A stretch of DNA of 58,664 nucleotides from positions 1 through 58,664 of the forward strand of contig JAUXHN010000002.1 of assembly GCA_030621515.1 (NCBI GenBank), given 5' to 3'. The notes beneath the pieces were generated by a model. The model made no database searches. It was not told the DNA's origin and was given only the letters and a program-made list of their open reading frames with translations. The position numbers and the translations under genes were made by a program. Source of the stretch: Deltaproteobacteria bacterium (lineage in GTDB: Bacteria; Myxococcota_A; Polyangia; JAAYKL01). Below are positions 47,177 to 55,487 of this stretch, one piece after another (within the stretch, counting starts at the first letter, position 1; each line of letters opens with the position of its first letter).

Positions 47177-48496
47177 ATGGATAAGCTTGCTACGCGTTCA
47201 ACAACCGGGCTGGTCGCTCTTTGCTACTCGGTATTGGCTATCGGTTGTACGGGCGCGGAAGATAGCACTGTGAACGACCCTATAGTCGACGCGAGTAGCG
47301 ACACGGATACCGATACCGATACCGACACGGATACCGATACCGATACCGAGGATGATCCAACAGAGGGCGCCGTGCTCAATGGTAAAGTGATGTCCCCTAC
47401 CGGGGAGGTTCCGATCTCCGGCGCGCTGATCTACCTCACTTCCGACGACGTCCCGGTGATCCCGAACGAGGCCTACTGCTACGATTGTGACGACATGACC
47501 GGCAAGGACTGGACCCTTTCGAACGCGGACGGTACCTGGATCATCGAAGACGTCCCCGACGGAGAGTGGACCATCGTGACACGCAAAGGGTTCTTCCAGC
47601 GGCAGCGCACGGTCACCGTCGCCGGGGAAGATGAACTGGAGATCCCCGAGGAGCACACCACCCTGCCTGCATCGAATTCTGGCGACGGATTGGATCAGAT
47701 ACCCCGTTACGCGGTGATCCTCGCCGTATGGGACCGGACCCAGGATCTGCTGGCCAAGCTCGGATTGGGCAGCGTGGATGTCCAGGGACACCTGGAGTAT
47801 GGCACCGAAGTGTTTGACGCCTACGACGACGCGGAGACGGGGGGATATCCGTTGTCGGCCACCCTTTTCGCCACCCAGGATGATCTGAACGCCTACCACA
47901 TGGTGTTCCTGCCGTGCGAGTCCAACGCCAACGGTGTGCCTTTTGTTCTCGACCAGACTCAGAAACTGCGGAATTACGTGGAGTACGGCGGCAAGATGTA
48001 CAACTCCTGCTGCGCGAGCCTGTGGCTGGAGTCTTCGTTTCCGGTACCGGTCGACTTCTACGGCGGCATGGGAACCACTGATCCTACAAATGTGTTCGAT
48101 GTGGGCCGGATCGACACGGTGGCCTACACGACAACGGGAAATGTGCAGGATCCGGAGATGCGCGACTGGCTGTCCGGGGTCACCGGCTTAAACGTCAACT
48201 CGTTCCCGTTCACCGACGGCTACGTGAAGATCGAACAGACCGTCGACGTGGACAACGGCATGGGCCTCGAGGAGGACAACTACTGGGTCAAGCCCTACAC
48301 CTGGGTGGTCGATAACATGGCTTACTCGGGATCGCCGCTGATGGTCACCTTCAACTTCGGTTGCGGCAAGGTCTTTTACTCGGTGTACGAGACCTCACAG
48401 GCCGCGAGCGCCACCCTGACTCCGCAGGAGCTGGCCCTGTTATACGTCATTCTCGAGGTTGGCGTCTGCGAGGGCGAGTACGAGCCGCCCGAGTAG
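47177..48496 (+). CDS. Lipoprotein with a (Asp-Thr)n linker, a CarboxypepD_reg-like beta-sandwich and a GATase1/ThuA-like C-terminal domain
   Basis: AAGGAGG RBS before the ATG at 47177. Lipobox LAIGC. LNGKVMSPTGEVPISGALIYL is typical of the carboxypeptidase regulatory-like fold. The C-terminal YHMVFLPCES...YVEYGGKMY pattern is GATase1-like. Confidence 0.6.
   Translation: MDKLATRSTTGLVALCYSVLAIGCTGAEDSTVNDPIVDASSDTDTDTDTDTDTDTDTEDDPTEGAVLNGKVMSPTGEVPISGALIYLTSDDVPVIPNEAYCYDCDDMTGKDWTLSNADGTWIIEDVPDGEWTIVTRKGFFQRQRTVTVAGEDELEIPEEHTTLPASNSGDGLDQIPRYAVILAVWDRTQDLLAKLGLGSVDVQGHLEYGTEVFDAYDDAETGGYPLSATLFATQDDLNAYHMVFLPCESNANGVPFVLDQTQKLRNYVEYGGKMYNSCCASLWLESSFPVPVDFYGGMGTTDPTNVFDVGRIDTVAYTTTGNVQDPEMRDWLSGVTGLNVNSFPFTDGYVKIEQTVDVDNGMGLEEDNYWVKPYTWVVDNMAYSGSPLMVTFNFGCGKVFYSVYETSQAASATLTPQELALLYVILEVGVCEGEYEPPE
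47300..47356 (+). repeat. Hexanucleotide microsatellite encoding (D-T)n
   Basis: aa 42-60 of the 47177 gene. Confidence 0.95.
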
Positions 48497-48504
48497 GATC
48501 TCAG

Positions 48505-49617
48505 TTACTCGATTACCAGGTCATCGCAGGCCATCTCGATAATGCTCACCGCCTCGAGGAAGCAGTCGGTGTAGTCGTCCAGGCAGACACTGCAGAAGTG
48601 TCCCCTGTCACCGAAGGAATCGACCAGGCTGTTGAGCAGCGGTGCTGCCTCGGCGCCCGCCCCCGAGTAGGGATCGAGCGGATCGCAGATCTCCCCCGGT
48701 TGCCCGATATCGCCGAATATTCCCAGCAGCACGACGGCCTCCTCGTTGCCGCCCTTGGCATCGACCAGCGCCTGCTTCCAGGTCATCGCGTTCCCCTGTG
48801 AGCACTCCTCGCCGACTGCGGTGCAGGCCTCGTCCTCATCGGTGATGAACGTCACGACGAGTACCGCCTCGTCCCGGATGAAGGCCTCGTTGCATCCGTC
48901 GGGCTCGTTGAACACGCCGACCGCGTTGACCATCGCCTCCATCATCCGCTCATTGCCATTGCCGTCAGTGCCCACGTCTGCGATGCATGCGAACGCGTCG
49001 TTGAGATCAGACTGGCCTTCGATGATGTAGCGGTTATCCCCATCGATCGTGCATGTGGTTGCGTTGTTGCTGCCGAGGTGACCGGCCCCGAGCACGGAGT
49101 CGCAGTCGGGTGAGGTCGTATCGCCCAGAAGCCACTCGGCGCAGGAGTAATAGGGGGCGACGCCGGTCTCGGTGCAGTCGTAATAATCCGGCACCGTGTT
49201 GCACCAGGTGGCGCAGCATCCGGCGCTGGTGCAGGCGTGGGTCTCCCACTCACTCGGCGATGTATAGATGGAGTCGGAATCCACCACCATGATGTGGAAG
49301 TTGTCGAGCGCAAGGGTTTCGGTGATAGCAGAGATCAGACCGGGGAAGCTGTCGATCAGGTTTTGCTGCTCATCTTCCATCGAGATGGAGTTGTCGACCA
49401 TAAAAAGGAAGTCGACCCCCTCGCAGCCGTCGGGGTTGGTGTCCGTGTCGGTATCCGTGTCCGTGTCGGTATCCGTATCCCCGTCCGAGTCCGTATCCGT
49501 GTCCCCGTCCGTGCCACCGTCGGTGCCGTCGTTGTTATCTTCCCTGTCCGAGTCGCCACAACCCGGATACGCCATCACGACGAGCAACGGAACGATAATC
49601 ATAACGAATAGTCTCAT
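48505..49617 (-). CDS. vWA-like lipoprotein with a poly(Asp-Thr) linker
   Basis: The ATG at 49617 gives MRLFVMIIVPLLVVMAYPGC. MIDAS-like motif FLFMVDNSISM (DxSxS). Many Cys residues in the mature part. Confidence 0.65.
   Translation of the reverse strand: MRLFVMIIVPLLVVMAYPGCGDSDREDNNDGTDGGTDGDTDTDSDGDTDTDTDTDTDTDTNPDGCEGVDFLFMVDNSISMEDEQQNLIDSFPGLISAITETLALDNFHIMVVDSDSIYTSPSEWETHACTSAGCCATWCNTVPDYYDCTETGVAPYYSCAEWLLGDTTSPDCDSVLGAGHLGSNNATTCTIDGDNRYIIEGQSDLNDAFACIADVGTDGNGNERMMEAMVNAVGVFNEPDGCNEAFIRDEAVLVVTFITDEDEACTAVGEECSQGNAMTWKQALVDAKGGNEEAVVLLGIFGDIGQPGEICDPLDPYSGAGAEAAPLLNSLVDSFGDRGHFCSVCLDDYTDCFLEAVSIIEMACDDLVIE
49444..49524 (-). repeat. Hexanucleotide microsatellite encoding (D-T/G)n
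   Basis: aa 32-58 of the 48505..49617 gene. Confidence 0.9.
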
Positions 49618-49719
49618 TTCTTTTTGTCCTTTCAATTCGCACGCAATTTCGCACTCGTTTTCCGCTTCTGGACTACACATGATATTCAGAGACAACGAGC
49701 GCGAAACACGGCTCAAAAA

Positions 49720-50517
49720 TCAGAAGCCGGCGTTTACGAACGGCATGAACGGAAGTCCACCCTTGCGGCTCAGGTTGACCAGGCCGATCTGGAAACCGCG
49801 CAGCTCCAGGGTGTGGTTGATGAGTCCGATCTGGGCCCCGTTTATCTCGCGAGCGAAGTTGACCACTCCAACCTGCAACAGCCCCCCGTATTCGTAGAAG
49901 CGATTGACGACTCCCACCTGGGCAATGCCGATGAAGCGCCCGGCGAAGTTGTAGAGCCCGAGCTGGAGGATGCCCACGAAGTTGTCGCCGGCCTTGTTGT
50001 AAACCCCGTACTGACCGAGGATGGAATAAATATCATCGGCGATGTTGACCACCCCAAACTGGCTCGGGCCCAGAATGTCCCCGTCGCCGGTACGGTTGAC
50101 CACGCCGATCATGAGCCCACCCACATAGGCGCGGGTCACGTCGTTGAAAACGCCCACCTGCGCCAGGGCGTAAAGCTCCCGACGCGCCTCGTTGTACGCG
50201 CCGAGCTGGAGCACACCGATGAACAGGCGCTGCTCCACGTTCCAGGCGCCGATCTGGAGAAGGCCAATGAAGTTTCTGGCGTAACTCTGCCAGATGGCGA
50301 ATTGGAAAATGCCGAAGAACTCGTCCGCCGTAGCGCGGTGCAGCCCGATCTGACCGACACCGATAAACAGGTTCGCCCCCGCGTCCCAGCCGAACTGGAG
50401 AAAATACCCGTCCCGACCGACCGAATGCGGGTCGTCGCCCCCCTCTTCGCTCGCCTGAACCGCCACGGGAACAGCCAGCGCGATACCAACGACGATGATC
50501 AGCGCTCTCACGTGCAT
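49720..50517 (-). CDS. Secreted repeat protein built from G-x-(Q/L)-x-G-x-x-N units (resembles LA_2272-type surface repeat proteins); probable outer-membrane protein
   Basis: Signal peptide from the ATG at 50517. At least 12 tandem units of about 14-16 aa (GLLQIGAWN, GVLQLGAYN, ALAQVGVFN, GILQLGLYN, GIAQVGVVN, GLLQVGVVN, GAQIGLIN, GFQIGLVN). Terminal ...FVNAGF. Confidence 0.6.
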   Translation of the reverse strand: MHVRALIIVVGIALAVPVAVQASEEGGDDPHSVGRDGYFLQFGWDAGANLFIGVGQIGLHRATADEFFGIFQFAIWQSYARNFIGLLQIGAWNVEQRLFIGVLQLGAYNEARRELYALAQVGVFNDVTRAYVGGLMIGVVNRTGDGDILGPSQFGVVNIADDIYSILGQYGVYNKAGDNFVGILQLGLYNFAGRFIGIAQVGVVNRFYEYGGLLQVGVVNFAREINGAQIGLINHTLELRGFQIGLVNLSRKGGLPFMPFVNAGF

Positions 50518-50571
50518 TGAAGACCTCTGTTTAAAGACTCTGTTAAAAGACTCCGGCTCGTTCCCGCGCAT

Positions 50572-51969
50572 TCATACTTTCACCGGAATCCCATATGGCC
50601 CATCCGCCAGAAAAGCAATGCGCGGATTGGTCACCCCCTGGCCCCGCAGGTCCGCAAGGGTTTTGCGAAGCGCCTGTTCCACAACAAAAGGGATGTTGTC
50701 CAGGTTGTCCCGGTATTGCCGTTCGCGCGGAAGGAAAGCATTCCCATTGACCCCCGAGAGAATGTTGAAATCCTCGGCCTTCAGCTGTGGCGCGTAAAAC
50801 ACGAAATTCTCTGCCTGTGTTTTGGCAAACAAACGCGCCCACATTTGCACCTCCCACTGATCGGGCACAAACTCCCACGTGTCGGACAAGATGAGCTGGC
50901 GGAATTTTTCCGGCCCCAGTTGCTTGAGGAATTTGAGTACGCCTCGATACCGTCCACTCCCCACCGGATCCACATCCGTGGTATTCGCCACCAGAATCAT
51001 CTTGCCGCCCCGCCTGATCGCAGGAATGGCCACCACCGCTGCCTTGGCTGCCTGGTAATGATTGATACCCGCAAAGCCCGCGTGTGAAATCACGACATCG
51101 TATTCTTCCTGTATGGGGATCATGACATAGTCGCGGATTTTATTGACTGCATGGCGGTGCGGCCCGGGCAAATCGCCGGCAAAAACGCCCGTCAACGCGT
51201 ATTTTTCGTCAAGCGTTACATTCACCGAAAAATCACAGCCGGCAGCTTTGGCGATTTGCACAGCTTCTTCGTGGCAGGGATTCCCGACCAAAACCAGATC
51301 GCGTGATAACGGATTATCCAGGATCCTGGCGCCATGGAAGATAAATGTACTTTCCTCGCCAATAAGCCCCGGGCAAATGGTCTTGCGTCCACCCGAGGCC
51401 CCGGCCATGAAATGGCTTTCGACCAACCCTGTGATGATCTTGATGTCGGCTCGCACATAATCGCGGTTCACCACCATTTTATTACCGCGCTCGCTTTGGC
51501 CAAGATAAACAAGAGAGCTTTGGTCCATGCAATCGTGGTTCTTGATGGCAATGCCCTTTTCGAAAATTATCGGGTCAAGCATTTCCCGCAACATCGCTTC
51601 CGAAACAGGATTGTGCGTGCCGGTTGCCACCAGAATCAAAATCCGGCTTGACGGGATTCCCGCTCCCAGTAGTTTGTCCACGATTGGCCGGAGAATCCCA
51701 TTCTCTCCCTTGTATGGGACAGGTCGGGTATTGTCGGAGATTACGACTACAGCATTCGCATCAGGCCTGGCCTGCAATTTGGAGGCGATGATGCTTTCCA
51801 GGCTCGTGGTGCCGATGCAATGCTGCAACGCGTCTTGAATGGCCTGCGCAGGATCGGGCAGCACGGCCGGTGACTTCATGGAGAGGATCTCCACTTCGTC
51901 GGGCAATTGGATGAGGACCCTGGTTTGCCCAACGTTGATTTGTGCGGATTTCATCACTCCCAACCTCAT
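50572..51969 (-). CDS. larA: LarA-family (lactate racemase-like, nickel-pincer cofactor dependent) isomerase
   Basis: DUF2088-type N-terminus (VVVISDNTRPVP, LVATGTHNP) and about 465 aa. The alternative ATG at 51954 is possible. Confidence 0.75.
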   Translation of the reverse strand: MRLGVMKSAQINVGQTRVLIQLPDEVEILSMKSPAVLPDPAQAIQDALQHCIGTTSLESIIASKLQARPDANAVVVISDNTRPVPYKGENGILRPIVDKLLGAGIPSSRILILVATGTHNPVSEAMLREMLDPIIFEKGIAIKNHDCMDQSSLVYLGQSERGNKMVVNRDYVRADIKIITGLVESHFMAGASGGRKTICPGLIGEESTFIFHGARILDNPLSRDLVLVGNPCHEEAVQIAKAAGCDFSVNVTLDEKYALTGVFAGDLPGPHRHAVNKIRDYVMIPIQEEYDVVISHAGFAGINHYQAAKAAVVAIPAIRRGGKMILVANTTDVDPVGSGRYRGVLKFLKQLGPEKFRQLILSDTWEFVPDQWEVQMWARLFAKTQAENFVFYAPQLKAEDFNILSGVNGNAFLPRERQYRDNLDNIPFVVEQALRKTLADLRGQGVTNPRIAFLADGPYGIPVKV

Positions 51970-51991
51970 CTTGAGATATAATACCTCAATT

Positions 51992-53005
51992 ATGACACAT
52001 CGTTATACGGATTATACGGCTTTCCTGTGCTGCCTGGCGATCTTCTGGGCGTTTTCGTGCGCCGAGGGGGGAGGCGACGCGGTCGACGGCGGCGACACCG
52101 AGACGGAAAGCGACACGGACGGCCTCTTCGTCGAAGCCCACGAGCCCGAAGACGGCGCGGTGGTCCAGGTGAACCAGAAGATCCATATCCGCTTCTCCGG
52201 GGCGCACCCGGAGCAGGATTACGTGGATCCGGAGACGGTGGTCGTCCTCGTCGACGGGGAGCCAGTGCGGGCCTGGCCCTATTTCACGGACGAGGCGGGC
52301 AACCGGGAGTTCCGCTTCGTGCCCTTCCCCGTGTGGGCTCCCGCCGAACAGCACGAGGTGACAATCGTCGCCGGCGCGGCCCTGGCAGGCGATCCCGCGA
52401 TCCGGTTGGCCGAGGACTTCGTTTTTGGTTTCACCGTGGACGACGCGCCGTTCGACGAGGAGTACGATCCCGAGGCCACCGCAAATTTGTCAACGTCGGA
52501 ATTGGCGGCGATGCACGCGGGGGGCGAAGACGCGTTCCTGGAATCGAACCTGGTCAAGGACTGGGACGATCCCGACAGCACGCTCTACAATATCTCCATC
52601 CCGGTGCGCCCTGACGACCCGGAGGTGGGTGCCTTTGCGCTCAAGCTGCTGGACTCCCAGTTCCCGCTCGGCGCCGTTGGGCTCGCGGCGCCCCAGGTAG
52701 CGGTGGGAAGACGGCTGTTCGCCGCCGACGTGAACAGCGAGCAGCGGGTGTTCGTAAACCCAAGGATCGTCGACTGGGCCGATGACGATCTGTATTACGG
52801 CTTTGCAGAGGGGTGCCTCTCGATAGATGGAGTGTCGAGTTTCGTCGGCCGCCCGGCGTGGATAACGGTGGAGTTCGACACGCCCGAAGGTGACCAAGTC
52901 GTAGACTTCTACCTCGAGGACTTCGACGCCAAGGTGTGGTTGCACGAGTACGACCACATCAACGGCATCCTGATGACCGACCGGGAGGAGGGAAGGACCT
53001 GGTAG
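51992..53005 (+). CDS. Lipoprotein fusing an Ig-like domain to a complete peptide deformylase domain
   Basis: The ATG at 51992 gives MTHRYTDYTAFLCCLAIFWAFSC (lipobox), then a short GDTETESDTDG tract and an SbsA-Ig-like segment. All three PDF motifs follow: GAVGLAAPQ, EGCLS, HEYDH. Confidence 0.7.
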   Translation: MTHRYTDYTAFLCCLAIFWAFSCAEGGGDAVDGGDTETESDTDGLFVEAHEPEDGAVVQVNQKIHIRFSGAHPEQDYVDPETVVVLVDGEPVRAWPYFTDEAGNREFRFVPFPVWAPAEQHEVTIVAGAALAGDPAIRLAEDFVFGFTVDDAPFDEEYDPEATANLSTSELAAMHAGGEDAFLESNLVKDWDDPDSTLYNISIPVRPDDPEVGAFALKLLDSQFPLGAVGLAAPQVAVGRRLFAADVNSEQRVFVNPRIVDWADDDLYYGFAEGCLSIDGVSSFVGRPAWITVEFDTPEGDQVVDFYLEDFDAKVWLHEYDHINGILMTDREEGRTW

Positions 53006-53053
53006 GTTGCGCAGGCACCATATATTCGCATAATTTTGTGGTGGAGGTAAGAC

Positions 53054-53452
53054 ATGAACAATTCACTGATTGCCGGCTTTCTGTCAACGGTACTTGTTTC
53101 GGGATTTGTCACCGGTTGCCCTGACAGGGAAATTTCGGATTGTATCGGTACTCCCGGTTGTGAGGGGGAATGGAAGGTGTTTGCCGGACAGATCGGTGAA
53201 GGAAAGGCCTGCACGACGCCGGCGGGAGACCTTCATGTCCGCTATGAGAAGGCTACCAGCGACGAGCTCGTAACCATATGGTCGAAACTTATCCCGGCAA
53301 GAATGGGCGTTGCGATTGAAAACCCCTGGGGAGCCAGCGGGCAATACCGGGAGGCGGTTTACAAAAACGCCGATGGCAACAAGTTTCTGATTGTCGGGAT
53401 AGTGCAGACTGGCGGCACGAAGATCCGGACGGTTCGGCTGACCTGGCAGTAA
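53054..53452 (+). CDS. Small hypothetical lipoprotein
   Basis: Lipobox FVTGC; 132 aa; no recognisable domain. Confidence 0.55.
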   Translation: MNNSLIAGFLSTVLVSGFVTGCPDREISDCIGTPGCEGEWKVFAGQIGEGKACTTPAGDLHVRYEKATSDELVTIWSKLIPARMGVAIENPWGASGQYREAVYKNADGNKFLIVGIVQTGGTKIRTVRLTWQ

Positions 53453-53483
53453 TCCCTTCACTGATAGAAACTGCGAGCGCGCC

Positions 53484-55055
53484 CTACCATTTCTCGTCGT
53501 ATTTGTTCCAGAGGTGATCGCCGAGTCGCCAGTAGGTGTCCACCACCGTATTGCAGGCCTTCTTCACGTACCTGGTGAGATACCTGCCGGCGGCTTTCGG
53601 GTTTTTCTTGTGAAGTTTTTTCGCCGTCTCGTCCAGCTCGGCTATCTGCTCCAGCATTTGCTTTTGCATGGGATCCCGCACCCGCGCCACGTCGGCTCGC
53701 ATGTCTCCCCACCGGTGGGCGGCGATTGTCCCCACCCGGTTGAAGGCCCACCAGGCGTTGTCTCGCGAGAAGCCGGTCGTGCGTCCGTCGGTCTTGTAGT
53801 CGTCGGGCACATCGGTGATCCCGATGTAAAACGGCACGTAGGTGGTCATGGCGGTGTTGTCGTAGCCGAACCACACGATGCCGCCTACCGGATCGGGCAA
53901 CCACGATCGGGATTGGGTGATCACAACGTACATTGTGTACCACCGAGCGATGGTCCGCTCTCCCCGCCAGCCCCAGCCGCCGTTCATCTTGAACAGCTTG
54001 TCGGCATCGTAGGACATGAAGGGGTTGGCCAGCGGACTCTTGATTGTTTTGCCGGTCTCTTCGTCAGTCACCGTGAACCTGTCGGTCAGGTCAAAGTCGG
54101 TGCCCTCGTAGGTGTCGCGGAAAATCTCCATTATCCTCTGTGCGCTCACCTTTTCCTCCGGCTTGATGGAGAATGGAAAATCGTTGCTGTTGGGGTCGAG
54201 CTTCAAAGAGGGGGCCAGCAGATCGAAGACTCTCCATTCCCGCCGTGTGGAAACGAAGCCGGTGCGTCCGGTGGGATTATAGGCGTAGGCGAACCGGAAG
54301 GGCCGGCCCCCCTTGGGATCCCAGTAGCCCTTCTTCACCGCCGCCGAGATGACGTCTTTCGATCCCATGAAGTTGTCCGGGTCGTCGAGATCGATCTCCA
54401 TTATTCGCGAGGCGTTCGCGTTCACCGTCACATGGTCGTCGGGCACCCGCTGCGCCACCCAGATGGCCCCCACCTCGTCCTTGCCCGAACCGACTATCTC
54501 CATCACCCATGCCTCGTTCTCATCCACCACGGTCAGCGCCTCACCCTCATCGATCCAGCCATACTTCTCTATGAGCGCGCCGCCGATGCGGATCGCTTCT
54601 CGGGCAGTCTTTGCCCGCTGCATCATCAGCGCCTGGGTCGTCTCGCAATCGAGGAGACCCTTCTCGCTGCGCAGCTCCTTGTGCCCACCGAAGGTCGACT
54701 CCCCGACGGCCACCTGGAATTCGTTCATGGGGGCGTAAGCCGGGGCCAGGTATTTGTAGGTTTCGGCAACCTGGGGGATTTCTCCGATGGGCACCCGGCT
54801 GTATCTCTCCATGGGTCCGGTATCGTCGTCGGCGCGTTTCGACATCTTTATCGTGGCGCCCTTCTTATGTTTCTTTCGCGGCACCACCCGCACGTCGGTG
54901 GAGGTGCGGTGGCTGTCAACCGTGTGGGACGTCATGACCGATCCGTCGGCGGACGCGTCCTTGCCCACCGTGATCACCGTGCAGGCGTCCGCATCGTCGG
55001 CCAACGCGAGGAGCGTCGCCGTGGTCACAATCGGAAGAAGAAAGAGCACGCGCAT
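53484..55055 (-). CDS. Secreted C69-family dipeptidase (Ntn-type Cys peptidase)
   Basis: The signal peptide ends ...ADAC, exposing CTVITVGKDASADGSVMTSHTVD, the characteristic C69 N-terminal nucleophile context. 523 aa. Confidence 0.8.
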   Translation of the reverse strand: MRVLFLLPIVTTATLLALADDADACTVITVGKDASADGSVMTSHTVDSHRTSTDVRVVPRKKHKKGATIKMSKRADDDTGPMERYSRVPIGEIPQVAETYKYLAPAYAPMNEFQVAVGESTFGGHKELRSEKGLLDCETTQALMMQRAKTAREAIRIGGALIEKYGWIDEGEALTVVDENEAWVMEIVGSGKDEVGAIWVAQRVPDDHVTVNANASRIMEIDLDDPDNFMGSKDVISAAVKKGYWDPKGGRPFRFAYAYNPTGRTGFVSTRREWRVFDLLAPSLKLDPNSNDFPFSIKPEEKVSAQRIMEIFRDTYEGTDFDLTDRFTVTDEETGKTIKSPLANPFMSYDADKLFKMNGGWGWRGERTIARWYTMYVVITQSRSWLPDPVGGIVWFGYDNTAMTTYVPFYIGITDVPDDYKTDGRTTGFSRDNAWWAFNRVGTIAAHRWGDMRADVARVRDPMQKQMLEQIAELDETAKKLHKKNPKAAGRYLTRYVKKACNTVVDTYWRLGDHLWNKYDEKW

Positions 55056-55125
55056 GAGAAACCTCCAGGGTTGGGACTACAGGCGAAGAGTAATACAGTC
55101 ATGCGACCGAACGAAAGAGCATTTG

Positions 55126-55142
55126 CAAACGAGAATTGACAA
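55126..55142 (+). repeat. Left copy of the 17-bp direct repeat CAAACGAGAATTGACAA flanking mazEF (contains a TTGACA -35 box)
   Basis: Exact 17/17 match with 55841-55857. Confidence 0.9.
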
Positions 55143-55162
55143 CCTTGATTGCGTAGTCAATA

Positions 55163-55184
55163 GTGTAGACATAAAGGTCTACAC
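55163..55184 (+). promoter_or_regulatory. Perfect palindrome GTGTAGAC-N6-GTCTACAC abutting the antitoxin ATG; probable autoregulatory operator
   Basis: 8-bp arms and a 6-nt spacer, ending 1 nt before the ATG at 55185. It lies downstream of TTGACA (55136-55141) and a weak -10 AATAGT (55159-55164). Confidence 0.55.
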
Positions 55185-55487
55185 ATGTCTCAGACAACCG
55201 TCAGAATCACCGAAGAGACTCGAGATATCCTCAAGGATCTCGCAAAAAACGAGGGCCGCTCCATGCAAGCTGTGCTCAACGCCGCTATTTCGGCCTATCG
55301 TCGGGTCCGATATATCGAGGGAGCCAACAGGGGCTGGGACCGGGTTCGCGAGGAGCCTGGCGAGTGGAAAACGATCGGTGAAGACCTGACCTCGCTGGAA
55401 AGAACCATCGCGGACGGCCTCCCCACCGGCGAAGTCTGGACCGACGATGGCGAGGAGATTTCCGGGCGGAGCGTGAAAAAGGGATGA
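55185..55487 (+). CDS. Ribbon-helix-helix (CopG/MazE-like) antitoxin
   Basis: TVRITEETRDILKDLAKNEGRSMQAVLNAAI is an RHH N-terminus. It overlaps the toxin gene by 4 nt. Confidence 0.8.
   Translation: MSQTTVRITEETRDILKDLAKNEGRSMQAVLNAAISAYRRVRYIEGANRGWDRVREEPGEWKTIGEDLTSLERTIADGLPTGEVWTDDGEEISGRSVKKG

Noticed and set aside
553-49524. The periodic GAY-WCN tracts considered as possible CRISPR arrays or other non-coding repeats
   Set aside because: The period is 6/12 nt with no unique spacers. Every tract is in frame inside an ORF, directly after a lipoprotein signal peptide.
53514-55139. 541-aa ORF antisense to the C69 dipeptidase
   Set aside because: This is shadow ORF composition (runs of G, H, R, V, P). 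The opposite strand carries a clear signal peptide and the C69 nucleophile motif.
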